From Candidatus Latescibacterota bacterium (GTDB taxonomy: Bacteria > Latescibacterota > UBA2968 > GCA-2709665): a stretch of DNA of 64,000 bases. The notes below the pieces were generated by a model. The model had not been told where the DNA came from. It did no database searches and was given only the letters and a program-made list of their open reading frames with translations. This document shows positions 19,290-28,858 of the stretch, piece after piece. Position numbers and translations under genes: made by a program. Location: the NCBI GenBank assembly GCA_965237675.1, contig OZ250150.1, positions 1,088,001 to 1,152,000 on the forward strand, given 5' to 3'. How positions within the stretch are numbered: the stretch's first letter is position 1; each line of letters opens with the position of its first letter.

Positions 19290-21101
19290 CTACAGCGTAG
19301 AAACCGTCGCAGACGGGGGACCCTCATTCGGAGGTCGCCGGTAGTCCACGGCGGTGATCCGATAGAAAAAAGATCCGGATGCCGCACCTCGATCCACGTA
19401 CCGCGTGGTGTCCAGAGGGGCCTTGTTCAGCGGCGCGAACGGCCCTTCCGGCCCGGTGGCCCGGTACACAATGTACCCTTTAAGCCCTGTAAGCGCCGTG
19501 CCGTCGGCATCGGTTTCCGGACGGCGCCACGAAATCCGCGCGTCCGGTCCACTGCAAACGACTTCGAGGTGCAGCGGTGCGCCAGGCGCCCACCTGTCGT
19601 ACGCCTGCATGGATATGCCCAGCATCGCGGCCGTCGCGGCAATATGGGCCGGTCCGTCGTGAACTGAAACCTCCTTTTCGAAGTACGCGGCCATCGATTC
19701 CCAAATCTGGTAGTTGTACCCGGCCAGATAGAGAAAACCCCACCCCCTCCAGCCCCGTTCCGCGTCGTGCTTACCTGGAGGGCCGCCTATGTAGTACCTG
19801 AACTTCGGCTCCTCCAGGCTCCCGTTCCAGACATGGTGGTCAAACGTGTTGGCCATCCTCTCGAGGTCCTTCGGGGCGAAACTCAGTCCGCTTTTCACGC
19901 CCTGCAACGCCACTTGAATATCGATAAAGGCATGCCCGACATCCTCCATCAGTTCGGGCCAGTGGCTTTCGGGACCGTATTTCCAGGTGTAAGCGTCCGC
20001 TTCCGGACCGTACAGCAGTTGATCGTGGAAGAACCGCATCATCTGCTCGCTCTGTTCAGCGTAAAACGGTACAAACCCTTCTTTGTACGGCTTGTAGTAC
20101 GGCGACCTGGTCAAGCGACGGAGCGTTACCAGCGCATCCGTAAACGACAGAAACATATTCAGCGGTTGGTGCTTCCACCCGGACCATTCGTACACGTGGT
20201 ATCCTGCGTCCTCGCCATAGCGGCTGTTGTCCTCTACCGTCCACCCCGGGTCCGGCGCCCAGTTGGCGTACCACTTGGCAATCACGTCCTCTTCCACAAC
20301 GCGCAGGAAATCATCCGCTTTGGCCCTGTAGGCTGCGTGTAAGGACGGATCCTCCCAGACCAGCTCCACAAAGGCCAGGATCGGGCTGACAATCAACCCA
20401 TCGTCGGAAAACCATTCGGTGTATTCGGGACTGTACTGGCGGTACCGGTTCTGCCCCCAGCCCCTGTATCCGTCCACGTATCGGGGATCGTAGACTTCAT
20501 AGGGCGGCACGTCAGTGCGGGCTATCAGAATGCGATCGATATGACTTACCAGTTTGTCCAGCCAGACGGTTTCTTTGAATGTCCCGTAGAGGTTCAGGTA
20601 CATCCTCTGCACGTAGGCCGAAGGGCCCCAGGCGAACGACCCTCCATCGTGGCCGTCCAGATAATTGTCCCCGAATGTTTGATCCCACGTTAAAAAAGCC
20701 GCGTACCAGTCGGTACTCGTGGGTCCTTCGAACGTTACGGCCGGAGGTTTCTTTGCAGGGGCGGCGATATCCGGCCCGGACGGTGGAGTCTCCGGCTCAC
20801 TCGCTTCAGACACTGACCTATCCGGCTCCTCTTGTAACCTCGGCCCGGGAGAGGCGATCTCGTGCCGCTTGACGGTAACCCTCCCTGACGGAAACGCCAC
20901 GGCCGCCCACCCCGGCAGGGTCTTCCCAACAATACATTTCGGCGTCGACGCGAGTACGCCAGGTTTATCGACTGCATTGACGTGCGCACCTTGAACGGCG
21001 CCCGCGGAAGGGACGTCCATCCACACGAACACAACGGGCAAAAACGCGCAGAGACAGAGACGTAGCGGAAAGACAATCGGGGTATGTCCGGTGTTTACCA
21101 T
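19290..21101 (-). CDS. Exported hypothetical protein: alpha/alpha-barrel-like domain + C-terminal fibronectin type III
   Basis: Signal-like N-terminus, Trp/Tyr-rich helical core, C-terminal PGAP..ISWRRP..GYIVYRA..YRITAVD..EGPPS; start uncertain. Confidence 0.65.
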   Translation of the reverse strand: MVNTGHTPIVFPLRLCLCAFLPVVFVWMDVPSAGAVQGAHVNAVDKPGVLASTPKCIVGKTLPGWAAVAFPSGRVTVKRHEIASPGPRLQEEPDRSVSEASEPETPPSGPDIAAPAKKPPAVTFEGPTSTDWYAAFLTWDQTFGDNYLDGHDGGSFAWGPSAYVQRMYLNLYGTFKETVWLDKLVSHIDRILIARTDVPPYEVYDPRYVDGYRGWGQNRYRQYSPEYTEWFSDDGLIVSPILAFVELVWEDPSLHAAYRAKADDFLRVVEEDVIAKWYANWAPDPGWTVEDNSRYGEDAGYHVYEWSGWKHQPLNMFLSFTDALVTLRRLTRSPYYKPYKEGFVPFYAEQSEQMMRFFHDQLLYGPEADAYTWKYGPESHWPELMEDVGHAFIDIQVALQGVKSGLSFAPKDLERMANTFDHHVWNGSLEEPKFRYYIGGPPGKHDAERGWRGWGFLYLAGYNYQIWESMAAYFEKEVSVHDGPAHIAATAAMLGISMQAYDRWAPGAPLHLEVVCSGPDARISWRRPETDADGTALTGLKGYIVYRATGPEGPFAPLNKAPLDTTRYVDRGAASGSFFYRITAVDYRRPPNEGPPSATVSTL

Positions 21102-21238
21102 CGAACGATACCTCGCGCAATGTACATCGGTCGTTCGTCCTTCATAAGATGACCCGCCCGGATGGATACAGCCTGTACATCGTGAATGGTGACACTGCCC
21201 GCTTAACGTCGGTTTCGCGACGACTTCCCCGACCTCGA

Positions 21239-22321
21239 CTACGGTCTGTATATCAGGATATGATCCGTCGCCTCAAGGTCCTTCAATCCCCCAATAATCA
21301 GCACACGGCCGTCGCGAAGGAGCGTTGTCGTATATAAGGCGCGATTTTCACCTATGCTGTCTCCGGTAGGACCAAACGCGCCAGTGGCCGGATCGTAAAG
21401 AACGACCTCTCCACTATGTCCGATGATAAACACGTTGCCCGATGGCAGCAGGGTAGCCGCGCGAATCGGTTCGATTCCGGGATCACCTTCTGATGAAAAC
21501 GTCCCCGTCGCGGCGTCATATCGCTCGGCGGCCGTTACCGACGCTTCAGACGCCTCATCGCCTGTGCTCCCGCCAATGATCAACACGCTGCCGTCCGGAA
21601 GAAGAATCGCTCTGTGTCCTCGCCGTTCGTATTTCAGGTCGCCTGTCCGGGTAAGGGTATTGGAGGATGGATCGTAGATTTCGGATCCCTTAACCATGCC
21701 CTCTGCATTGCCGACACCAACGATGAGTACACGCCCATCCCGCAGCCGAGTCGCCGTATTGCCTCCGCGAATAACAACCGTCCCCGGAAGTGACGTGAAG
21801 TTCCCCGTGTTCGGGTCGAAGATGGCGACGCCCAATGAGTAATAGGTGAGGATCTTCCCATTGGGCAATAACGTCATCGTGGAGATTCTTGCGAATGCGG
21901 GGTAATAGGGCGCAGGCGTGAATCGTCCGGTATGCGGATCGAAAAATTCCATCGGGGCTTGATGAGCGCCTGCAAATAGGACCCGGCCGTCCGGTAGCAG
22001 TATTCCCATGTCGCGTGTTCGAGCAGAGGACATGTCGCCCCTTCTGCTCGAGGTCCCCGTTGCCGGATCGAATATTTCCGTGCTGGTACGAAACATGGAC
22101 GAAGGCGCATAACCCGGGCTCTCTGTTGCGGCGCCGCCCGTGATCAGAACCTTTCCGTCCTGCAACAATACCGACGCGTGCCAGAATCGCTTTTCCGTCA
22201 TTTTTCCGGCGACTTCAAAACCCTTCAGATCGCTCGAAACCTCCGGGGACGTCGGCACGGTTCCACCGCAACCCAGAGCGCTTGAGATGATAAGGAACGA
22301 GGATACCATTCTACCGGACAT
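21239..22321 (-). CDS. Kelch-repeat lipoprotein (divergent paralogue 5)
   Basis: Lipobox ALGC; kelch blades; ends DHILIYRP. Confidence 0.85.
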   Translation of the reverse strand: MSGRMVSSFLIISSALGCGGTVPTSPEVSSDLKGFEVAGKMTEKRFWHASVLLQDGKVLITGGAATESPGYAPSSMFRTSTEIFDPATGTSSRRGDMSSARTRDMGILLPDGRVLFAGAHQAPMEFFDPHTGRFTPAPYYPAFARISTMTLLPNGKILTYYSLGVAIFDPNTGNFTSLPGTVVIRGGNTATRLRDGRVLIVGVGNAEGMVKGSEIYDPSSNTLTRTGDLKYERRGHRAILLPDGSVLIIGGSTGDEASEASVTAAERYDAATGTFSSEGDPGIEPIRAATLLPSGNVFIIGHSGEVVLYDPATGAFGPTGDSIGENRALYTTTLLRDGRVLIIGGLKDLEATDHILIYRP

Positions 22322-22345
22322 TTCGTATCCTTCCTGGGCGTCGTA

Positions 22346-22900
22346 ACCTCTCCCCCCGGCCCCCTCAGACAAGGCTATCAGCTATCAGTGGTAAGCTGTC
22401 AGCTAAAAGAAAAAACCGAATCAGTTGACGTCAGCGCTATTGTGTGGACGACCGCGAACGGCGGAACCTCTCCCCCCGGCCCCCTCTCCTAAAGGAAAGG
22501 GGGAGGAAAACCGGGCAATGGCCCGTCGAGATATTGCACGTGGATATTTTCATCCATCGAAATGTCTTCAACCGATGACAGTTCCCCCTTCCTTTAGGAA
22601 GGGGGTTAGGGGGTAGGTCCGCGACCTCTCCCCCCGGCCCCGCGGCGTCTGAGCGGCGCCCTTCTTTCAAAGGCGGTGAGACGGGAGACGGTAGAAGGGA
22701 GAGGACCACACCGCACACCGCCGGGCTCGCGCTCCACTAAGCAATTCTCTTCTATTTGAATATTGCGAGAATCCGATTGCGGACGTCTCACCTGTCAAAG
22801 TTATCACCACCTCTTCCGTCTTCCCTCTACCCTCTCACGGCTTTTTGGCGATGCAAGAAAAAGGGCAAGGGAATTAGGGACGTCAGGAGGTGGGGGAGAT
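22346..22900. repeat. Nested repeat cluster: heptamers, CCTCTCC element, partial scaffold element with an inserted heptamer-arm element
   Basis: agctatc run 22372-22405; 22464-22619 element; gcggcgtctgagcggcgcccttcttt then ~22668-22845 insert, then ggcgatgcaagaaaaagggcaaggg as in copy B. Confidence 0.75.
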
Positions 22901-22961
22901 TCTACGTCACAGGTAGCGTAACGCGGCATCTCCATCGTACCCTCACTTGATGTCCACAGCC

Positions 22962-25900
22962 CTAATGGGCGATAACGAATGCCACGTCTTTTTCGGCCGT
23001 GTCGCCGCTGTTTACGTCGTTGATGGAAACCCTTAGTGAATATCGACCCGGGGTCTGTTCATCCAGCGCGAGTTCCACGTATTCGACCTCCTGTGCGGCC
23101 GCGCCCTGCTGTTCGTACGTGACGGCCAGTTCCTCTCGTCTGCCGGTCCCCCACCGGAACAGACGAGAGATGTTTCCCGCCCGCCCGGGCGCGTCTTTTG
23201 ACGTAATCTTATAGGATACGTTGTAGTTCGTCTGCCCGAATCCGTCCTTCCCCAGGTTGTAGATTTCGTAATAGACGAACACGCTCTGGCCCGTCTTGTA
23301 AGTTCGCGATGGCATCGGGACGACGTTCAGTTCTCCCTTTGTAAACTTACTGTCCATTTTTTCCGCACCAACCCGCCAAGCCAGTTCCAGGTCGCTGATC
23401 TGCAGTCGATCTTCGCCATAGGGCTCCACGACGACCTGCTGCTGATAGATGCCCATTCGTCCTCTCAGGCGGTCCTGCGATTTCACCTCCAGCCGGTAGG
23501 CGCCGGGCGGCAGAATAAGCTTCAGGACATCCGGCGCCATCAGGCCTTCTCCGGCCTGGTTTCCCCTGGCTTCGTACGTCATTTCGTCCGTTTGCCGATA
23601 GACCGTGTCCAGCGCGGATGATATAAGCGCCGCATGGTGCGTCAGTATCTGCCGCGTGACGTCCTCTTCCGCAATGTAGTGTGCCGGGAGGATGGGGACG
23701 CCGTAGTAGATTTCCAGGAGGCTGCGGTCGTCCTCGCCCCTGAAGTCGGCCAGCGAATAGTGGAAATCAAGAGGCGGCGCCTCATGTCTCGGCGCATAGA
23801 AATCTGGCGTAACCCGCGCCGCTCGCCGGTAGACCGATTGAGGAGAGTGCCTGCTCAACGAGGCGGTCTCGCCTATCGATATATCTCCCTGGTTCGGCGG
23901 CATGGGCGCGTAATCGTACGTCCCGGAACCGATTTCATCCGTAAAGGTAATTTCAATGCCGCCGCCCACGCCGGTGTAGATCCAGGTTTCCCAGGGCACG
24001 GTACTCAGATCTTCGTCGGACGTGACCGGGTGATAGTCGCCGAATCCGAGGCTTTCGTCCATGGGTAAAATACCTATCCGCGCGGTATCCATCCGCGCTT
24101 GCGGCGCTGTATCTCCACACTGTGTGCAGTCCTCGCCCGTATGCTCGTGGTCGTCTCCTGCGGCCTCCCCAGTTTCAGGCCCGGTTGCGTTTGCGTTTCC
24201 AATTTCGATGTCTTTCAGTTCGTACCACGCACCGTCGAGTTGTCCGAGGCTGCGTACGGGGAACACGGGTCCGACAAACGTGTGCGCCCTGACGTCACCT
24301 TTGTATAAATTGAACGCGAGACGCTCCTTGACCCGCTGAACCTTCAGACTTTGCTTGAAGTTGGGTTCGTCCGACCTCGACCGATGATCGGGTTCCCCGA
24401 ATCGAATATAGACGTCTCCTCTCACGTCCCACGGCTGCCTGCCCTCCGAGAATTCCGTCAGTGCGTGCCAGACTCTTCTGTAGTGTTCCAGCAGGCGCTC
24501 GTTAACAGGCGTGGACAGGTCCGGGTCCTTCCGATTCCAGAAACGTTTCAGATCGGCCGCGCGATCCGGACCCATGGCATCTTCATAGGTCCTGAGTTCC
24601 TCGCTGGAAGCGACCAGCGTTATATCTACGTACAAACGTCGTACATCGGGCGCGAGTTTGGAGATGTAATCCTCGAAGAACGCCATCGCCATATCCGGGT
24701 TCTCCTGTTCCATGGCGGAAATGGCGACAATGGGCATCAATTCGATGGCTTCGGGGTGCTTTTTGACAAAGTCCAACAAGTGGCCCATAATTTTCGAATA
24801 GTCTCTCACTTTCAGGTACGCAACGCCCAGCCGCCGCTGAGCTTCCGCGTCTTCCGGGCGAAGCGCGAGATACTTCGTATACCACACGACGGCCTTCTCG
24901 AATTCCCACGAAAGGTTCAGATAGTAGTCTGCAATCAGCAGATAGGCGCCCGCGTGGCCCGGGTCCATTTTCAGGACCCTTTTCAGTTCCAGTTCCGCGT
25001 CGCGCTGTTTCATCGCATAACGCACTCTGGCCATCTGATATCGCGCTTCCACAAAGTCCCGATCCTTGACTAACGCTTCCGTGAAATGGTGAATCGCGAA
25101 GTGGCGCTGCATCGGCCACGTCGTGTAAAGCATGCCCAGGCCATGGTGGGCCAGCGCCTTGCTGCCCAGGGTCAGCGCTCGATGAAACGCGCCCTTTGAT
25201 TCCTCGTATCGTTTCAACGCCAGTAAAATGTGGCCCAATCGGATGTATGCGTCGGGATCCTTCGGTCGTTGACGCGCGACATTCCGGAAGATCAGGCGCG
25301 CCCGTTCCAGTTCATCCGCCTCCATCGCCCGGCGGCCACTGGATGCCAGGCTGTCTACCTGCACCGAGCGAATGCTTGATACTTCCGCGTGACCGCCGTC
25401 GCGACCGGCGACTCCATATATCTGCTCTCCACGGTGCCAGAAACAGACCAGGGCCGGCGCTCCCGGAAAACCTTCTTGCCTGTACAGATAATCGCTGAGG
25501 AATGTGTAATCCAGGTTTTCCGGGCAGGAGAAAAGTACGTCCAGGATCGCGATCCGGTCCTTTTGTTCGTTCCCGTCTCGAGTATCTTCCATGACTCTCT
25601 TTGCCGTCCATTGATATAATTCAGGAAGATCCTCCGGTTCACTGTTGTTTTGGTCGCGTTTGAATTCCTGTATCAAACGGAGCATCCCGATCAGGTGCTC
25701 ACGACAATTTCGGGCGGCGGCGGTTCTCTTGTCTGTATCGATCCAATAGTCGCAGGCTTCGATATATCGTGCGCAACTCTTCCTTGAAAATCGGTGGCTC
25801 GACGCCTGATCATAGAGCTTTTTGAACGCGCGCCTGGCATGATTGAACAACCTTTCCGCCTTCGCATCGTTGCCTCTGTGAAGCGCATTCCTGCCGCGTA

Positions 25901-26732
25901 TGTACAGGTCCAGACCGGCACCGATCATTTCCAGGGCGGAATCAGAAGTATCGGATTGGCGCAAGGCTGCCGTGGATTGCCCGCCCGACAAGGACTTCCG
26001 ATCTCGTTTTACGATTGCGGGTATGTCTTCCCTCAGATTCGTCTCAACAGTCTCTCCCGTGTCTACGTGAACGCGGATCGATCTCTGCCCATCCTCAATA
26101 CGGCATAATACAGCCTCTCCATCAGCTGACCAGTTTACCGGCCCGCTGATGTTGCCGGCAAGGAGAAGCCTGATGCCACCCCGATCATCCGCGATCCAGA
26201 GACCGTGGTCCGGCCTGGCGAAAGCGCTTCCCCGGTACCCGACAATCGCCAATGACCTTCCATCAGGAGAGGGTGACATTTCGAGAGTCTGATAATCCGC
26301 GGGAAGCGGCCACGGTTCCTCCCTGGCGCCATCCAGACTCAACTTCCAAATTCTGTTTCTTATAATCGGCAAAGAATGTCCGCCGTAGAAATACGACCCC
26401 CACGCTTCCCGTCGTAAGCTTCGCTCGAGATAGATCAAGCCTTCTCCCGCCGGATCGAAAAACAGAGTTCCGGGTTCTCCGGGGTAGGCCTTGGTCTTCC
26501 TGGGCCGATTTTCCTTCCTGGAAACGACCCATATTTCCGTTAGCGAGATCGCCCCGTCGCCACGCCGGACAGCAAAAGCCAGATCCCCGTCGTCCGCCGA
26601 CCTCACGGTCAGGGACTCCCCGCTCGCGGATACGACAATGCACTGCATTGTCAGAACGCAGGACGCGCCTATGAGCAGGTTTTTGATCGACTGCATCACA
26701 GCATCTCCCGAGTCGTTAATGACTCGAATCAC
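22962..26732 (-). CDS. GWxTD-domain TPR protein
   Basis: Multiple TPRs; FWNRKDPDLSTPVNERLLEHYRRV..PWDVRGDVYIRFGEPD; C-terminal VFVYYEIYNL beta domain; alternative ATG 26696. Confidence 0.85.
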   Translation of the reverse strand: MIRVINDSGDAVMQSIKNLLIGASCVLTMQCIVVSASGESLTVRSADDGDLAFAVRRGDGAISLTEIWVVSRKENRPRKTKAYPGEPGTLFFDPAGEGLIYLERSLRREAWGSYFYGGHSLPIIRNRIWKLSLDGAREEPWPLPADYQTLEMSPSPDGRSLAIVGYRGSAFARPDHGLWIADDRGGIRLLLAGNISGPVNWSADGEAVLCRIEDGQRSIRVHVDTGETVETNLREDIPAIVKRDRKSLSGGQSTAALRQSDTSDSALEMIGAGLDLYIRGRNALHRGNDAKAERLFNHARRAFKKLYDQASSHRFSRKSCARYIEACDYWIDTDKRTAAARNCREHLIGMLRLIQEFKRDQNNSEPEDLPELYQWTAKRVMEDTRDGNEQKDRIAILDVLFSCPENLDYTFLSDYLYRQEGFPGAPALVCFWHRGEQIYGVAGRDGGHAEVSSIRSVQVDSLASSGRRAMEADELERARLIFRNVARQRPKDPDAYIRLGHILLALKRYEESKGAFHRALTLGSKALAHHGLGMLYTTWPMQRHFAIHHFTEALVKDRDFVEARYQMARVRYAMKQRDAELELKRVLKMDPGHAGAYLLIADYYLNLSWEFEKAVVWYTKYLALRPEDAEAQRRLGVAYLKVRDYSKIMGHLLDFVKKHPEAIELMPIVAISAMEQENPDMAMAFFEDYISKLAPDVRRLYVDITLVASSEELRTYEDAMGPDRAADLKRFWNRKDPDLSTPVNERLLEHYRRVWHALTEFSEGRQPWDVRGDVYIRFGEPDHRSRSDEPNFKQSLKVQRVKERLAFNLYKGDVRAHTFVGPVFPVRSLGQLDGAWYELKDIEIGNANATGPETGEAAGDDHEHTGEDCTQCGDTAPQARMDTARIGILPMDESLGFGDYHPVTSDEDLSTVPWETWIYTGVGGGIEITFTDEIGSGTYDYAPMPPNQGDISIGETASLSRHSPQSVYRRAARVTPDFYAPRHEAPPLDFHYSLADFRGEDDRSLLEIYYGVPILPAHYIAEEDVTRQILTHHAALISSALDTVYRQTDEMTYEARGNQAGEGLMAPDVLKLILPPGAYRLEVKSQDRLRGRMGIYQQQVVVEPYGEDRLQISDLELAWRVGAEKMDSKFTKGELNVVPMPSRTYKTGQSVFVYYEIYNLGKDGFGQTNYNVSYKITSKDAPGRAGNISRLFRWGTGRREELAVTYEQQGAAAQEVEYVELALDEQTPGRYSLRVSINDVNSGDTAEKDVAFVIAH

Positions 26733-28699
26733 GAACGAACACCGCGGACGGGCAGCCGCTCCCGCACCATTTCGTACCCCTCAAACAAATCCCGCGCCAC
26801 CGTTCCCTGCGCCTGGCGAGGCGGCTCGGCCCCCAGGATCTGGCAGAAGGTCGGCACGACATCGGCGGCGTGGATGTACCCCAGTTTGTCCACCGGCCGC
26901 TCGTAGCCTCGTTTCACGCCCGGCCCGGCCAGCAACCACGAACCAAAGCTGGACGAGGCCTCACTTTGGGTCGGCAGAAAACCCCCGTGGTGCGCCCCGA
27001 ACACATTGGGCGCTCCAACGCAGCCCCCACCCGCAATGCCCCGCCATTGTCCGTAGTACCCGCTCACGTACCCGTGGTCCCAGGCAAAGACCACGTCGCC
27101 GCATTGGTCTCCCCACTGCCCGAGGATGTACGCGTCCCGGCGAGGCAGGGCTATGGCCACTGGATTGCGCCCCACTTCCTGGTCAACCCACGTGCGCAAG
27201 GCCAGCAGCAACTCGGCCTCAATCCCGTCGAATTCCGGTCCCGGCTCGGCGTTGATGAAAATGTCGAACCCCTTGTCGTCCTTGAGATAGGCCCGGGTAC
27301 GCACCCAGTCGATATCCTCCTCGCGCACCTGATCTCGCAACAAGGCCTCTTCCCCGCCGCCTTTGAGCGCCAGAAAGCCCTGCTCATGCAAAAATTGCCG
27401 GATATTGGCCACCCGTACATCGGGCGAGCACCCATGGTCGGACACAACGCCCACGTACGTATGCTCATCCGCGTCCTCCCACAGCCGTCCCAAAATGCGG
27501 TCCCCCACCTGATAAGCCCGCCGAAAGTAGTCTACGTACTGTTCGGCGCGCTCAGCGTCGTACCCCGGGCATACAGGATCCACGTCCCCGAGGTGGATGT
27601 GGTTGAGGTAATCGTATAGATGCCAATGGCAGATAAAAAAAGAACAGCCCCGCTCGCGCAGCATGTAGCGGGCGACCTCGGCAAACCACGTCCCCTGGTA
27701 CTCGCATTCTTCCAGAGCCGTGTCAAAATCAGCCATCCCTGTGGTATAGGGCAACATGGAGGCGTGTTCCTGATACGGGCCAAAGCGGTCCACAAGTTCC
27801 CCGGCCAACTCGTCGGGGACAGTGAAGCCATCGGTATAAGTCACCTGGGTGCGGTAGAGCTTGAGTCGGCTGCCGTCCGCGACCAGGTCCATCAGCTTGA
27901 AGCGCAGCGACGCCGGGCGTTTGTTCCCGTCAATGGCGAATTTCTCCACCGCCCACTCGCTCCATTCCCCCACTCCGGCAACAGCGATGCAACTGGCCCC
28001 ATCCCGGTCCCGGCACACCAGCACCCGGTCGTAGCCCCTCCCGACGCTATCCACCACCAGCAAGTAGAAGGCGGAGACATCCCCGCCCAACCGGGCTATC
28101 ACCTCAATGCGGCTCTCCAGCGGCGGGGCCTCGCTCTCGGGCAGGTTCCGCCAATCCTGCGCCGGCGTCAGCGGCGGAATCGGCTCGACGCTGCGCTGGG
28201 CTTGCCGCACGGCCGTGCCATCGTGGTCCATCTCGATGGCCTCCTCCAGCGCAGCGTCCGTGGTATAGGCCTGGCAGGTAGCCACTTCAAAATCCGTGCT
28301 GCGATGTCCGGGATGGCCAAAGCCGTCCACGACAAAGCCCGTCTCCACCCCGGAAGGATGGGCGGCCGGATAGTGCACGGCCACACTTTGCATGCCCGCC
28401 CGTTCCAGGGCATTCCATATGCGCTCGGCATTGTTGGCCCGTCCGTCGAAACTGTCGATCCGCTGTCCCGGCGCGACTTCCACCCGCCAGCGCGTCACCC
28501 CGTGCGTGCCCGTGTGCGCCCCCGTCGAAAGGGTGGCCCAGTTAGTGGGGGTCCACACCGGGAAAGAGGGCAGGGTCTGGTTGACCGCACCCTCGCGCAG
28601 CATGCGCTCGAAGTGAGGCAAGGCTCCTTCCGCTGCGAATCGCTTCATCATCGGGACGATAAAGCCGTCCATGCCAAAGGCATAGATTTTGCGCTCCAT
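26729..28699 (-). CDS. Alkaline-phosphatase superfamily / nucleotide pyrophosphatase-like protein
   Basis: FGMDG, PVWTPTNWATLSTGAHTGTHG, VSDHG, GAHHG, DVVPT. Confidence 0.85.
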   Translation of the reverse strand: MERKIYAFGMDGFIVPMMKRFAAEGALPHFERMLREGAVNQTLPSFPVWTPTNWATLSTGAHTGTHGVTRWRVEVAPGQRIDSFDGRANNAERIWNALERAGMQSVAVHYPAAHPSGVETGFVVDGFGHPGHRSTDFEVATCQAYTTDAALEEAIEMDHDGTAVRQAQRSVEPIPPLTPAQDWRNLPESEAPPLESRIEVIARLGGDVSAFYLLVVDSVGRGYDRVLVCRDRDGASCIAVAGVGEWSEWAVEKFAIDGNKRPASLRFKLMDLVADGSRLKLYRTQVTYTDGFTVPDELAGELVDRFGPYQEHASMLPYTTGMADFDTALEECEYQGTWFAEVARYMLRERGCSFFICHWHLYDYLNHIHLGDVDPVCPGYDAERAEQYVDYFRRAYQVGDRILGRLWEDADEHTYVGVVSDHGCSPDVRVANIRQFLHEQGFLALKGGGEEALLRDQVREEDIDWVRTRAYLKDDKGFDIFINAEPGPEFDGIEAELLLALRTWVDQEVGRNPVAIALPRRDAYILGQWGDQCGDVVFAWDHGYVSGYYGQWRGIAGGGCVGAPNVFGAHHGGFLPTQSEASSSFGSWLLAGPGVKRGYERPVDKLGYIHAADVVPTFCQILGAEPPRQAQGTVARDLFEGYEMVRERLPVRGVRS

Positions 28700-28858
28700 A
28701 TCTTCTCGTGTAGCGAAAGGTCGTTAGCTGTTCAGGTGGTTACCGGCATTCCCCGCAGACAGCAACCGGATCGCCGCTATCTTTTATCTCGGGGTCATCC
28801 GTTTATTGGCGGGCGGCCGCGCTCAGGATGGGATCGGGACGCGGTTCAGGAGGTATTT

